DNA of 54,566 nucleotides from a bacterium (GTDB lineage: Bacteria; Patescibacteriota; UBA1384; XYA2-FULL-43-10; JAKAMI01), in assembly GCA_021812945.1 (NCBI GenBank), contig JAKAMI010000003.1, forward strand, positions 1 through 54,566. The letters run 5' to 3'. The notes under the pieces were generated by a model. The model did no database searches. It was not told the DNA's origin and worked only from the letters and a program-made list of their open reading frames with translations. This document shows positions 9,335 through 18,707 of this stretch, one piece after another. The translations under genes were made by a program, and so were the position numbers. Position 1 is the first letter of the stretch, and every line of letters begins with the position of its first letter.

Positions 9335-9787
9335 CTAATTTCTCAAACTGCCGGCCCGTTCTTGTTCTCGGTTCAAATCTTTTCGTTTGATTGATTCCCG
9401 CTTGTCCCAGAGTTTTTTGCCTTTTCCAAGAGAGATGATGACTTTGGCGCGGCCTTTTTTGAGAAATATTTTGAGCGGAATGACACTTAATCCCTTTTCT
9501 TGCGACTGACCCATCAATCTTTTGATCTGCTCCTTATGAAGCAAAAGTTTTCGAGTTCTTGTCGGGTCGCCCTCGCTTACCTCGATTTTTGCGCCCAAAA
9601 GCCAGGCTTCCTCGTTAATTATTTTCACATGGCTGCCGGTTAGATTAACCTTGCCGATACGGATTGACTTTATTTCCAGCCCTGTTAAAACCAGACCGGC
9701 TTCAAGATCTTCGGATAGTTCATAGTTGAAACCGGCTTTTTTATTTAAAGCTTTAGTGTTTGGGGATTTTTTTCGTTTCTTAGGCAT
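9335..9787 (-). CDS. smpB: SsrA-binding protein; start reassigned to ATG 9787
   Basis: NKKAGFNY, EAGLVLTGLEIKSIR, RTRKLLLHK, KKLWDKRE. Confidence 0.95.
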   Translation of the reverse strand: MPKKRKKSPNTKALNKKAGFNYELSEDLEAGLVLTGLEIKSIRIGKVNLTGSHVKIINEEAWLLGAKIEVSEGDPTRTRKLLLHKEQIKRLMGQSQEKGLSVIPLKIFLKKGRAKVIISLGKGKKLWDKRESIKRKDLNREQERAGSLRN

Positions 9788-10802
9788 GATTATTTTTAAA
9801 GATCCGCTTGACCAGACTCCAGTCTTGAGCAAGCACCGAAATAACCGCAGCCACGGGAATAGCCAAGAGCGCACCGGCCACGCCCAGAAGCTTGGCCCCG
9901 GTCACGACCGCGATGATGATGATGACAGGTGAGAGACCGACGGCTTTCTTCATTATCTGTGGCACCAAAATGTGATTTTCAAGTTGTTGGACCACCACAT
10001 AGAGAATGACCACAAACAGCGCCTTGAGCGGAGAGACGGTTAATCCGACAATCACGGCTATTGCTCCCGAGATGATCGGTCCGAGAACGGGAACGATTTC
10101 AAGCATTGCCGAAATCAGTCCTAGGGTCAGGGCGTAAGGAATCCCGATGATAAGCAGGCCGACAAAATCTACAACACCGACCACCAGACCCAAGACCAGT
10201 TGCCCGCGCAACCAATCGCCGACCTTGCTGACAATTTTACGGGCAATATCGGTAATATCATCTTGTTTTTCGGAGGGCACCAGGGCGAAAAACGAAGTTT
10301 TAAAGGCTTTCTCGTCAAGCAGAAAATAAATACTTAGGACAATGACGGTGATCAGGGAAACAATACCGCCAAAGATGCCGGCAGTCGCTGAAAAGATATT
10401 GCCGGAAGCTGAAGCTAAGCTGGAGGAAATTTTATCGAAAGAACTTTGCAAGCTTGGCAGATAATCTCGGGCGGCCTGATAGTAAGGGGTCAATCGGTTG
10501 ATATAGCTCGGCACGTTTTGGGTAAACTGTTTGGATTGAACCACTAGAGGCGGAATGATAGCGTAGAGTACGCCAGCCACGGCCGCGATCACTATCAAAA
10601 ATACGATACTGACTGCTAATCCCCTTTTCATATATTTACCGAGATAATCGATGATCGGCGAGACGGCGGCCACGATGATAACGGTGATAAAAAGAAGCGC
10701 CAGGACGTCGCGGACGAGGTAGATTAGGTAGATCGCCAAAAGAGCGGCGGCAATCTTAAAAATTGTTACCAGCGAGACGTCGATTTTAATTTTTTGTTCC
10801 AT
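9780..10802 (-). CDS. AI-2E (PerM) family transporter
   Basis: Multi-TM; VPVLGP and VQQLENHILVPQIMKKAVGLSP motifs. Confidence 0.9.
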   Translation of the reverse strand: MEQKIKIDVSLVTIFKIAAALLAIYLIYLVRDVLALLFITVIIVAAVSPIIDYLGKYMKRGLAVSIVFLIVIAAVAGVLYAIIPPLVVQSKQFTQNVPSYINRLTPYYQAARDYLPSLQSSFDKISSSLASASGNIFSATAGIFGGIVSLITVIVLSIYFLLDEKAFKTSFFALVPSEKQDDITDIARKIVSKVGDWLRGQLVLGLVVGVVDFVGLLIIGIPYALTLGLISAMLEIVPVLGPIISGAIAVIVGLTVSPLKALFVVILYVVVQQLENHILVPQIMKKAVGLSPVIIIIAVVTGAKLLGVAGALLAIPVAAVISVLAQDWSLVKRIFKNNHA

Positions 10803-10813
10803 AATAAATCCCG

Positions 10814-11458
10814 TTAGTTAATAATATTCGCGTAGGTAAAGGACCAATTCGGGACTTGTTTTAAAGTCAACGAATCGTTTTCGCTGATAGCGTAGCTGGT
10901 TCCGGAAGGGAATAAAATATCCAGGTAACCGCTTTTTCTGGTGAGCGCAGACTTAACCAGTGTGGGATTACCTATTATCGCGACTTCATAACTGGGGGAA
11001 GAAGCTTCGAAATGGCTGTTTGCGATAATGCGCTGGCCGTTAATGGAGAAGCCATCTACCCCGATATTCCTGATGGTGTTGGCCAGATCAACCAGTTGCG
11101 GCTGAGTCAAGGTTTGGTTGATTTTCAGCACCAGACCGCGGCCGGTTACGGGAAGAAAACCGTTGATAGTTTGATACCTATTTAGGTCGTTATTCAGGGT
11201 CTGGTTGGCCGTGGTTTGGTTGGTTAGGGATTGGCTGTAATTATTCACCTGAGCGTCGAGCGACAACACCTCTTGTCTCAGTTCGGTATTACTTTTGGTG
11301 AGTTTCGCAACTTCAAGGGCTAGAATCTGATTATTTTCAGGCTGTATCAGGATCCGGACCTCACGACCGGCGTAAAATTGCCGGACGATAAAAAAGCCAA
11401 AAACTAGCCCCAGAACGGCGAAAATAACCAAGTCGCGTTTTTTAAATTTATTTATCAT
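10814..11458 (-). CDS. DUF881 family protein
   Basis: TM + coiled coil + GRGLVLKI, SINGQRI; paired with the adjacent DUF881. Confidence 0.75.
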   Translation of the reverse strand: MINKFKKRDLVIFAVLGLVFGFFIVRQFYAGREVRILIQPENNQILALEVAKLTKSNTELRQEVLSLDAQVNNYSQSLTNQTTANQTLNNDLNRYQTINGFLPVTGRGLVLKINQTLTQPQLVDLANTIRNIGVDGFSINGQRIIANSHFEASSPSYEVAIIGNPTLVKSALTRKSGYLDILFPSGTSYAISENDSLTLKQVPNWSFTYANIIN

Positions 11459-12186
11459 TGGTTGCCGCCTTTCAGATCAAAGCTGCCCGTATAAGCGCCG
11501 ATCGCCAAGTTGTTTTCCGGCAAGACGCTGAAAACAAGCCCGTTGCCGGATTTGCGACGGTACAAATCGCTGAGATTCGACTGGTTTTTGATCTGAGCCG
11601 ACATCAGTCTTTGATCGCCTATGGCTTCTATCTTGAAAGGATTGGACAAACGCGAATTATTCACCAGAATCGTATTGACAATACAATCTATCGACGAATT
11701 GTAAACGATCCTTTCGCCGTTGAGACTGATAGCCTCGGCGCCCGAACTCCAGAGCAGATTGACAACATCGCGAAGATCGGCGGCGTGGATGATTGAGTCT
11801 TCGGTGACGGTACTTTGATCGGAATCGTTTAAAATGATGACAACGCCGGGGCCGGAAAGCTTGGTCAAGCCGGCGAGGGCTTTTTGCGTCTCCATTAAAT
11901 CTACCTTGGTTTTATCGGCGCTTAGATCTTTTAAGTTTCTCTGATAATCGGCGATTTTGCTTTGGTTGCTTCGGATTTCGGCTTTAAGCTCTTGCTGCTC
12001 GGTTTGCAACATATCGCGTGTCTCTTTCAGGCTCAAGACGGGCGTGACCGGATTGGTCACTCTAGTGGGGAGTGATTTCCATTGAGCGGAAACCAGCAGG
12101 CCGAAAACTATGCCCATCGCTAAAAGAAGCGCTTGGTAACTTTTGAAGCGATGGATTCCGATCTTCTTGATGTCGCCGATTTTCAT
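11455..12186 (-). CDS. DUF881 family protein
   Basis: AGLTKLSGPGVVIILND, DLRDVVNLLWSSGAEAISLNGERI. Confidence 0.9.
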   Translation of the reverse strand: MKIGDIKKIGIHRFKSYQALLLAMGIVFGLLVSAQWKSLPTRVTNPVTPVLSLKETRDMLQTEQQELKAEIRSNQSKIADYQRNLKDLSADKTKVDLMETQKALAGLTKLSGPGVVIILNDSDQSTVTEDSIIHAADLRDVVNLLWSSGAEAISLNGERIVYNSSIDCIVNTILVNNSRLSNPFKIEAIGDQRLMSAQIKNQSNLSDLYRRKSGNGLVFSVLPENNLAIGAYTGSFDLKGGNQ

Positions 12187-12249
12187 CCATCTGATAATAA
12201 CATTTTTGTTTACAAATGGAAAGAAAACAGCTACGATATAAGCTGATCC

Positions 12250-12325
12250 GCCCTCGTAGCTCAGTGGATAGAGCGCCTCCGTCCTAAGGAGGGCGTCGCA
12301 GGTTCGATTCCTGCCGAGGGTACCA
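12250..12325 (+). tRNA. tRNA-Arg(CCT)
   Basis: Cloverleaf; anticodon arm CCTCC-GTCCTAA-GGAGG; GGTTCGATTCC; encoded CCA. Confidence 0.95.
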
Positions 12326-12422
12326 GTACGACTCTCCGCCAGCCGGCAGATCGCTTATGGCAAGCCAGTCATTAGTTAAGGGGTTTGGCTGGGGTTTTCG
12401 GGTTGGGTTCGATTATTGTTGT

Positions 12423-12521
12423 TTGTTTGGTGATTGTTTTTTGGTCATTGGAATTTTGATCGGGGATTAGCTTAACCACCACAGATCTTATTCACAGATT
12501 TTGCACAGATAATTAACACAA
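12423..12521. repeat. Inter-tRNA repeat debris: heptamer quasi-array plus CACAGAT units
   Basis: TTGTTTG GTGATTG TTTTTTG GTCATTG (12423-12450); CACAGAT x3 at about 12480-12510. Confidence 0.55.
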
Positions 12522-12528
12522 ATACCGT

Positions 12529-12604
12529 CGGAGTGTGGCCTAATTGGTAAGGCACACGATTCGGGTTCGTGAGACTCCGGGTTCGAGTCCCGGCACTCCG
12601 ACCA
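12529..12604 (+). tRNA. tRNA-Pro(CGG)
   Basis: Acceptor CGGAGTG/CACTCCG; anticodon arm CACGA-TTCGGGT-TCGTG; CCA. Confidence 0.95.
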
Positions 12605-12619
12605 AGTGTTACAATATAA

Positions 12620-12849
12620 GGATTCGGCCGGTACGTCGAAATAGACAATGGACACTTTATTACTTCCATCTACGCTCACTTAGACACTATTGATCCCAAA
12701 ATTCATGTTGGCGATACAATTACCGCTGGGACAATTATCGGCACCAGAGAGGTAGCACCGGCTGGTCAACCGGCCCGCACCTTCACTTCCAGATCAACAT
12801 TTTTGGGATACCTGTCAACCCGAGAACGTTTTTGACGGGAGACCCATAA
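12620..12849 (+). pseudogene. 5'-truncated, frameshifted M23 metallopeptidase remnant
   Basis: GFGRYVEIDNGHFITSIYAHL..VGD..GTIIGTR in one frame; GSTGWSTGPHLHFQI..PVNP..FL in another; shift at AGAGAG 12746-12751; upstream in-frame TAA at 12617-12619. Confidence 0.85.
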
Positions 12850-14088
12850 TTATTTTTTTCTTTTTCGATATTTATTTTCTGCAAGGCTAAGGTGATATTT
12901 GTGAAAATCATCGCTGTCTTTCTCGTTATCGAGCTGCAACATTTCGAAAGCTCGGCCACGGCGATATGGGCCGAATAGTTTAGCGAATTCACCCTTAAAA
13001 CGATAAAGAGTCTGGAATTCGTCATGTTTGCCATCTTCTTTGTTGTATTCTTGCTGCCAAGGACGACGGCCATAAGCATCAAATCCAATTGCTGGCCCAT
13101 TTTTGCTACCAATTAATATTTCGGCCGTATAATTTACGCCTCTTGGATCAGGCATCAGCAAATAACCGTTACCATAATCATGCCAATCACTTTTCGAGAT
13201 ATATTTTTCGGGGAAAAGCCATTCTTCTTTGCCTGCAGCAATATATCTGTATGCTCGATTCTTGATGATAAAATTAATTTCTCTAACTTCCTGCTCGGAC
13301 AGATGGCGTAGAACTTGCAGCTCGGTAAATTTGAAGATTGCTCCGCGGAAGAAGTCGGGATTTGGCCGCAGATCAGTTTCTTTTTGATAAGGATTTCTGA
13401 CCCATGAGAGGTTTGTCAAGATCAAGATCTTATCCATTGCTAGAGGGAATATCGTATGAGTGGCGTGAAATCTAATATCAGGATCATTGGTCCCTCGGCA
13501 CCAACCTGAACGCGGACCGCATCGGCGGTTATAAACCGTAACAGGGTGATCTGAAATTATAAACTTTGTGTCGGACTGAGAAGCGTCAGCAATTTGCCAA
13601 ATACATTCCGTCCAGATCGCACAATAAATTTGTCTAATACGGACCATAGAACCAAGTATTTTGTTCTGGTCAGTTGTATCAACTTGATCTGCCAACCATT
13701 TCAATCCCTTAGGCGTTCGAAGCTTTTGCGTGCTCATATACAGTAATAAGTTGTTAAAAGCTTCTCCATTGGCTGACGGATGCTGGAAGCTGGTAAAATA
13801 ATCTACTGCTTTTCGACCATTTGAATCAATCTGACCAAAAAAGAGTTGCTCGATCTTGGTTGACTCTTCCTGGCCGAAAGTCGTCGTATAGAGGTCATCT
13901 TCGGCAAAACACTGTTTGGTTCCAGTTTTCTTGAGTGCTCGTTTTGTATGAGAGACTCCTCTCGGGTCAATAAATGTTTCAGGTTTTAAATCCAGATAAT
14001 ATAAAATTTGATCCCGCTCAGGTGGATCGATAAAGCGTTTTTGATACCATTCCGGAACATAGTGGTTGTGATGGTATTCGTTAGCCAT
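12850..14088 (-). CDS. DUF4238-domain protein
   Basis: N-terminal HHYVPEWYQKRF; internal FIISDHPV; PLAMDKILIL. Confidence 0.85.
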   Translation of the reverse strand: MANEYHHNHYVPEWYQKRFIDPPERDQILYYLDLKPETFIDPRGVSHTKRALKKTGTKQCFAEDDLYTTTFGQEESTKIEQLFFGQIDSNGRKAVDYFTSFQHPSANGEAFNNLLLYMSTQKLRTPKGLKWLADQVDTTDQNKILGSMVRIRQIYCAIWTECIWQIADASQSDTKFIISDHPVTVYNRRCGPRSGWCRGTNDPDIRFHATHTIFPLAMDKILILTNLSWVRNPYQKETDLRPNPDFFRGAIFKFTELQVLRHLSEQEVREINFIIKNRAYRYIAAGKEEWLFPEKYISKSDWHDYGNGYLLMPDPRGVNYTAEILIGSKNGPAIGFDAYGRRPWQQEYNKEDGKHDEFQTLYRFKGEFAKLFGPYRRGRAFEMLQLDNEKDSDDFHKYHLSLAENKYRKRKK

Positions 14089-14938
14089 TTTCAGCCCTCA
14101 TCAACTTCAAAAGTTTATTCGATAGATCTGATTTTGTTTTGACATCTATAAACGCGAACGCACCTCGCTTTGAGATACGCTTAATTTTTCTAAGGCTGAA
14201 CCAACAGATCGAAAAGATTTTTCTTTTTGCAAAGCTAGCTAATTCTGGTTTATCCCGCAGCCAAATTTGGCTTAGAAATATTGAGAGTGAATCGTAAGCA
14301 GCCCAAACGGCAATTAAATAAATGAATGGCAAACAGCATAATGTAAAAACGATTGGTAAAAGAAATACCTCCAAATTGTGCAGTGTCCAAAAGCTTTGAA
14401 AGTTATGACTGATGTTCCAGGAGACAAAGAATAATAAATACAACCCGATAAGGCCGATTATTCTATCAGAGAACCTTTTAACCGGTAAAGTTTCCTTTTT
14501 GGCACCAGCAATAATACTAAATGCGGAAAGTAGAAACATTGCAGGAATTAGGATAATTTCACCCCAAACACTAAAGGCATAAAGACCGACAAGAAACTCG
14601 AGTACAACAACCCATTTTATGCTTTCAATAAATTGCTTTTTAAAATCCTCGCTAACTTTTTCGAAGTTGAGCAACATAATAAAAGCAGCACCGAGCCAAT
14701 AAATCGTATCCTTCAGTAATGAAATATCCCAGAGTTGAAAATGGCTAAATATTAAAACGATCAGAAGATTGTAAGTAAGCATCAAAATTACAGGAAGATC
14801 TATTTTTGGTTGCAGAGCTACTTCAAACAACGAAAAAAGTGACGCTCGAAATTCCTTCTTGGGCATAGCCCATAAGAGCACCAAAACAATAAAAACTAAA
14901 GAGACAAAGTCTCGATTGTTGAAATCCAAAAAATTCAT
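14081..14938 (-). CDS. Uncharacterised multi-pass membrane protein, overlapping the DUF4238 start by 8 nt
   Basis: 285-aa ORF, about 7 hydrophobic segments, basic C-tail. Confidence 0.75.
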   Translation of the reverse strand: MNFLDFNNRDFVSLVFIVLVLLWAMPKKEFRASLFSLFEVALQPKIDLPVILMLTYNLLIVLIFSHFQLWDISLLKDTIYWLGAAFIMLLNFEKVSEDFKKQFIESIKWVVVLEFLVGLYAFSVWGEIILIPAMFLLSAFSIIAGAKKETLPVKRFSDRIIGLIGLYLLFFVSWNISHNFQSFWTLHNLEVFLLPIVFTLCCLPFIYLIAVWAAYDSLSIFLSQIWLRDKPELASFAKRKIFSICWFSLRKIKRISKRGAFAFIDVKTKSDLSNKLLKLMRAENG

Positions 14939-14955
14939 GACTAATTCCTGAATAA

Positions 14956-14984
14956 ATCATAACATCCAAAAGTACGATGTTAAA
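14956..14984 (-). promoter_or_regulatory. Extended -10 promoter with overlapping inverted repeat upstream of the membrane/DUF4238 pair
   Basis: TTTAAC-17-TGt TATGAT (14961-14956); IR TAACATC-N9-GATGTTA (14960-14982). Confidence 0.5.
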
Positions 14985-15015
14985 TTGACTTAAACTTTTT
15001 CGGCCTAGTTTTTCC

Positions 15016-15546
15016 TTATTTACAGAAAATACACACGGGTTTAATCTCGGAAGCTTCTTCTGTTGCGATATAGTAAACCGTGTGAGGATGAATTACTGCG
15101 CCACATTTAGAACACGACTGGTCAATTTCAGATGACATATCCAAATATTCCGTCTGATGCTTGAATGATTTTTCTGTCTCTTCTTCAACTGCAGGTCTGT
15201 CAAATCGAAAAGACAATTCGGCCCTGAGCCGCTTAGATTTTGAGTCTTTAAAAGTGATGAAGAATTGTACTATTGGAATTGTTTTCTTTTTGTTCGGATT
15301 GTCTTTGTACCATTTATACAGGTTTTTCAATATATCGTAGATATAGTTTGATACGACACCGGTTAAAATTCCGCTAATATATTGATGACTATGAAGCCAA
15401 AGAACAATTTGTTCAGTACCCGGGCCCGCGCCGAGTTCGGTGCATCGTTCATAACGAAATCCTTGGCTTTCTAATTCTTTGGAAAGTTCTTTAATGCCGT
15501 TTTGTGAAAAACCACTAGAGTCATAAAAAAAGTACCAGTTTTTCAT
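15016..15546 (-). CDS. Hypothetical protein with C-terminal CxxC..CxxC zinc ribbon
   Basis: CSKC..CIFC; amphipathic helix GILTGVVSNYIYDILK. Confidence 0.65.
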   Translation of the reverse strand: MKNWYFFYDSSGFSQNGIKELSKELESQGFRYERCTELGAGPGTEQIVLWLHSHQYISGILTGVVSNYIYDILKNLYKWYKDNPNKKKTIPIVQFFITFKDSKSKRLRAELSFRFDRPAVEEETEKSFKHQTEYLDMSSEIDQSCSKCGAVIHPHTVYYIATEEASEIKPVCIFCK

Positions 15547-15548
15547 AG

Positions 15549-15818
15549 TTATTTTGCTTGTAAGTCTCTAATTTTCTCAATCACTTGCTTATAACTCACT
15601 AATTTGCCGTCGATCATTACACCACCAGCCCACAGCGACATCCAGTCACCATTTTTCGCAACAAGACGAGCTCCTGGATATTCACGATATTCCTTGACGA
15701 GCCGGTCTGGTCCTTGATTTAATAGCTCTAAAATTTTCTTCGAGAAATTATTATCCTGTTTTTCGAGGGCTTCGGTTAAATCGCTAACCAATTCATCAAG
15801 ATTTTTGTAGTTTTTCAT
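15549..15818 (-). CDS. Hypothetical protein (89 aa)
   Basis: Tightly packed ORF between Fic and the 176-aa gene. Confidence 0.6.
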   Translation of the reverse strand: MKNYKNLDELVSDLTEALEKQDNNFSKKILELLNQGPDRLVKEYREYPGARLVAKNGDWMSLWAGGVMIDGKLVSYKQVIEKIRDLQAK

Positions 15819-15838
15819 AATAAAAATATCAAGGATTG

Positions 15839-17029
15839 TTATTTTATGATTTTATTTTTCATTCTGGCTTCTTTGAACGAATCATCAAAAATTTCGTAAT
15901 AATCGGCATAAATATATTTCTGGGCATAATCAGAACTGCCTAGTGGTTCTAGGATTTTTAGATCTCGCAAACGATTGATCACTTTATAAGCACCTGGTTT
16001 GGTAAAACCGGTCCATTTCATTATTTCTGCAACACCTACAATAGGCTGTCCATATAGTTTGCGAACGATTTCCAGTGTTGAGTCTGCTGATTTTTTGCCA
16101 AGTTTTTGCATTTTGATAAAGTCGCAATCTCGAAGTGCAGTGATTTTGGCGCAGGCCTCGATAGATGATTCGGCAATCTCTGCGACTCCTTCGAGGAAAA
16201 ACTTGAGCCATTGGTCAATTTGTGTATCTTCGTCGTGGTAACCCTGCAGTTTTTCGTAATACAGCTTCTGAAATTTTTTAAAATAACTAGACAGATATAG
16301 AACGGGCAACTCCAAAAGCTTCGCATGGTGGATGTAGAGCGCAATTAACATTCGTCCGGTCCTGCCATTTCCATCAGAAAATGGGTGGATTGTTTCAAAT
16401 TGTGCGTGAATCAATCCGGCTTTAATAAGTGACGGGTAGTTGTCCTCAATGTGGATGAATTTTTCCAGATCATTGAGAGAATTTTGCATATCATGGGGCG
16501 CAGGCGGAACAAAGGAGGCATCGGCTGGCGTTTTACCGCCAATCCAGTTTTGGGAAACACGAAATTCGCCCGGGTAAGGGTGTTGAGTTGACCTGGCTTC
16601 GGTCATTAGCTTTTGGTGAATCTCCTTGATCATCCGAAGCGAGATTGGTAGAGTTTTGGTTCTTTCAATACCATAATTAACCGCATCGACATAATGGACG
16701 ATGTCGTCGACGTCAGGACTCAAACGGAGTTTGTCTTCGGTAACCGGTGCGGCTACAACATCTTGGAGTGTCGCTTTGGTTCCTTCAATTTGGCTGGAAT
16801 AAGCGGCATCTTTTTTGACGAACATCAACAGAAAGAAATTCTTATCCGGGAGGAGTCTGGTAATTCCGTCAAGTTTACCGACCAAACGAATTGCTTTCTC
16901 GTGTATTTTGTATAGTTCAGGGCTAATCTCAAAACCACCCTTTGGCGGAAATTCAAAAGGCGTGAAGGCGCGATATCTCTTCGGTTGCATCACATATTTA
17001 CCGATTTGTACTTTGTTTACTTCTTTCAT
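15839..17029 (-). CDS. Class II Fic-family protein with C-terminal wHTH
   Basis: HPFSDGNGRTGR catalytic motif; N-terminal SSQIEGT inhibitory motif. Confidence 0.93.
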   Translation of the reverse strand: MKEVNKVQIGKYVMQPKRYRAFTPFEFPPKGGFEISPELYKIHEKAIRLVGKLDGITRLLPDKNFFLLMFVKKDAAYSSQIEGTKATLQDVVAAPVTEDKLRLSPDVDDIVHYVDAVNYGIERTKTLPISLRMIKEIHQKLMTEARSTQHPYPGEFRVSQNWIGGKTPADASFVPPAPHDMQNSLNDLEKFIHIEDNYPSLIKAGLIHAQFETIHPFSDGNGRTGRMLIALYIHHAKLLELPVLYLSSYFKKFQKLYYEKLQGYHDEDTQIDQWLKFFLEGVAEIAESSIEACAKITALRDCDFIKMQKLGKKSADSTLEIVRKLYGQPIVGVAEIMKWTGFTKPGAYKVINRLRDLKILEPLGSSDYAQKYIYADYYEIFDDSFKEARMKNKIIK

Positions 17030-17042
17030 GGTAATGGTAACA

Positions 17043-17082
17043 TATTATCATATTATGTTTACCTTTGTCAAATGAGGTAAAC
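17043..17082 (-). promoter_or_regulatory. fic promoter with operator-like IR around -35
   Basis: TTGACA-18-TAATAT with TGn; IR GTTTACCT-N10-AGGTAAAC (17057-17082). Confidence 0.6.
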
Positions 17083-17478
17083 TGTTTGAACATGTCCCAC
17101 ACCATATATTTTATCACTTTGCCCTGCCCGAGAGAATAACAAAATCCAGTGTGACAAACTCGCTATATTGTCCAATCTTAGCTAAACAATGCTGCAAGTA
17201 TGTTGATACATCGCAGAATAAAAACGATCATCTTCGGAATAACAGATAGCAGCCGATCGAGAAGTACCAGTCGAAACTTGAACGGTTTCACGATTTCCGT
17301 TAGGACTATGTATTTTTACAACAAACTGTATTAATATACTTCAAAGAAATGCAAACTATAATCATATTTTTCAAACCGTAAATATCTGTGCCCTATCTAA
17401 ATTTGCCTTTCTACTTCACCAATCCTTATGTTTTTGGATTAATCAATTGATGACCCGATTAACAATCAAATTCTTCAT

Positions 17479-17767
17479 ATCTACAAAAGTAGAAATCTTA
17501 TGAAGGTATTAGATGTGAAGTTATTGACGACCCGAAGTACGGATCTACAAAAGTAGAAATCTTATGAAGGTATTAGATCTAGTAAAATATTGGTGTCTTC
17601 ATTTAAATCTACAAAAGTAGAAATCTTATGAAGGTATTAGATTCTTTGGCTTTGTATTTCTCTCCGATATCTACAAAAGTAGAAATCTTATGAAGGTATT
17701 AGATAGTCTGTTGAGTACGCCGATGGTTACGATCTACAAAAGTAGAAATCTTATGAAGGTATTAGAT
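17479..17767 (-). CRISPR. Type V-A CRISPR array: 5 identical 36-nt repeats, 4 spacers (28, 28, 26, 27 nt)
   Basis: Repeats at 17479, 17543, 17607, 17669, 17732; minus-strand repeat ATCTAATACCTTCATAAGATTTCTACTTTTGTAGAT ends in the Cas12a handle TTTCTAC-loop-GTAGAT. Confidence 0.97.
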
Positions 17768-18707
17768 TGGTTTTGTGATTGTAAAGATTAATTAAAAAAT
17801 TAGCATTTCCAACCGCTTTGTTGTAGACTTCAATCCCTTTTTGAGTTAAATACTCATTAAAGTTTGAAATTACAAATAAGTCTTTCTCGATTGGGTATAA
17901 CTCATTGTTTTTTTTATCTTCCAGCACAATTTTTTTACTTTTTAAATATTTATATATTCCCATATATTCGTCCATTTTGTCTGTAAACACCAATATATTG
18001 TCACAAAATCTCGGTAAATTATCATTGACAATCCTAGTAGCAACAGCAGTAGATTTTTCCTGTTTAGTGGTGTAATAGTTCTCGCGATTTTGACTAAAGC
18101 CACTAAAATAAGTAAAGAAACCTTTAAATCTTTTAATGGCATTCAAAATATCATCTTTGGACAACACCTTGTTATCTCGGGTTTCTACCCCGATAAACTC
18201 ATTGACATTTCTTCTAATATATTCCAAAATTCCAACTTCGGTTAAAACTTTAAACCCGCTTTTCTTTAAAATGTTTTTTTTCTTACTATCGAATCCAACT
18301 TTATTTTTGAACACTTCACCCACTTCACTGTAAGCCTTTTCGAATTGCATTCGTAGCTTCTTTTCTTCAATCTCTATTTGTTTATTAAGATGCTGTTTTT
18401 TATTTTTGTCTTGTTCGCTTCTCCGCTTTTCTACTAAGCTAAAATATTTGGAAAATGTAATAATCTTTGCAGTTTTCGATTCCAGTGCACCCGTAATAAA
18501 TTCCCCATGTATTTTATCAAAAATTGGTTTCAATACTTGATATGCATTTTCAATATCTTGATCAACAAGAAAAGTCTGCAACTTTTCATCGAATTGCAAA
18601 TTTTTATTAATATTTTCACGAGTTTTTCCAATCGGCCTTAACTCAAACCTAAGTGTCTTTGTCAGTGCAAACTTCTTTGTAAAAGAATGCCAAATTAATT
18701 TATTCAT
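17751..18707 (-). pseudogene. cas12a: Cas12a (Cpf1) N-terminal fragment (WED-I + REC1, 313 Cas-derived codons) ending inside the first CRISPR repeat
   Basis: FTKKFALTKTLRFELRPIGKT, KGFFTYFSGFSQNRENYY, STAVATRIVNDNLPRFCDN, YLTQKGIEVYN..INLYN; last 5 residues and TAA come from the repeat; no RuvC. Confidence 0.9.

Noticed and set aside
12783-13112. 109-aa ORF overlapping DUF4238 and other long alternative-frame or antisense ORFs (e.g. 1787-2395, 2582-3235, 20405-20986, 27584-28315, 42282-42956)
   Set aside because: Shadow ORFs of well-supported genes, with no motifs
17100-17400. Unassigned DNA between fic and the array
   Set aside because: Hand translation gave only short ORFs without recognisable motifs
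17407-17442. Possible degenerate terminal repeat or anti-repeat (TTTCTACTT, AATCCTTATG)
   Set aside because: Only 5-9 nt patches with wrong spacing in AT-rich DNA; Cas12a needs no tracrRNA
17515-17731. Self-targeting spacers
   Set aside because: Best matches found by eye are 10-11 nt (spacer 2 vs about 17988-17997; spacer 1 vs about 42850-42861), expected by chance; a genome/virome BLAST is still needed
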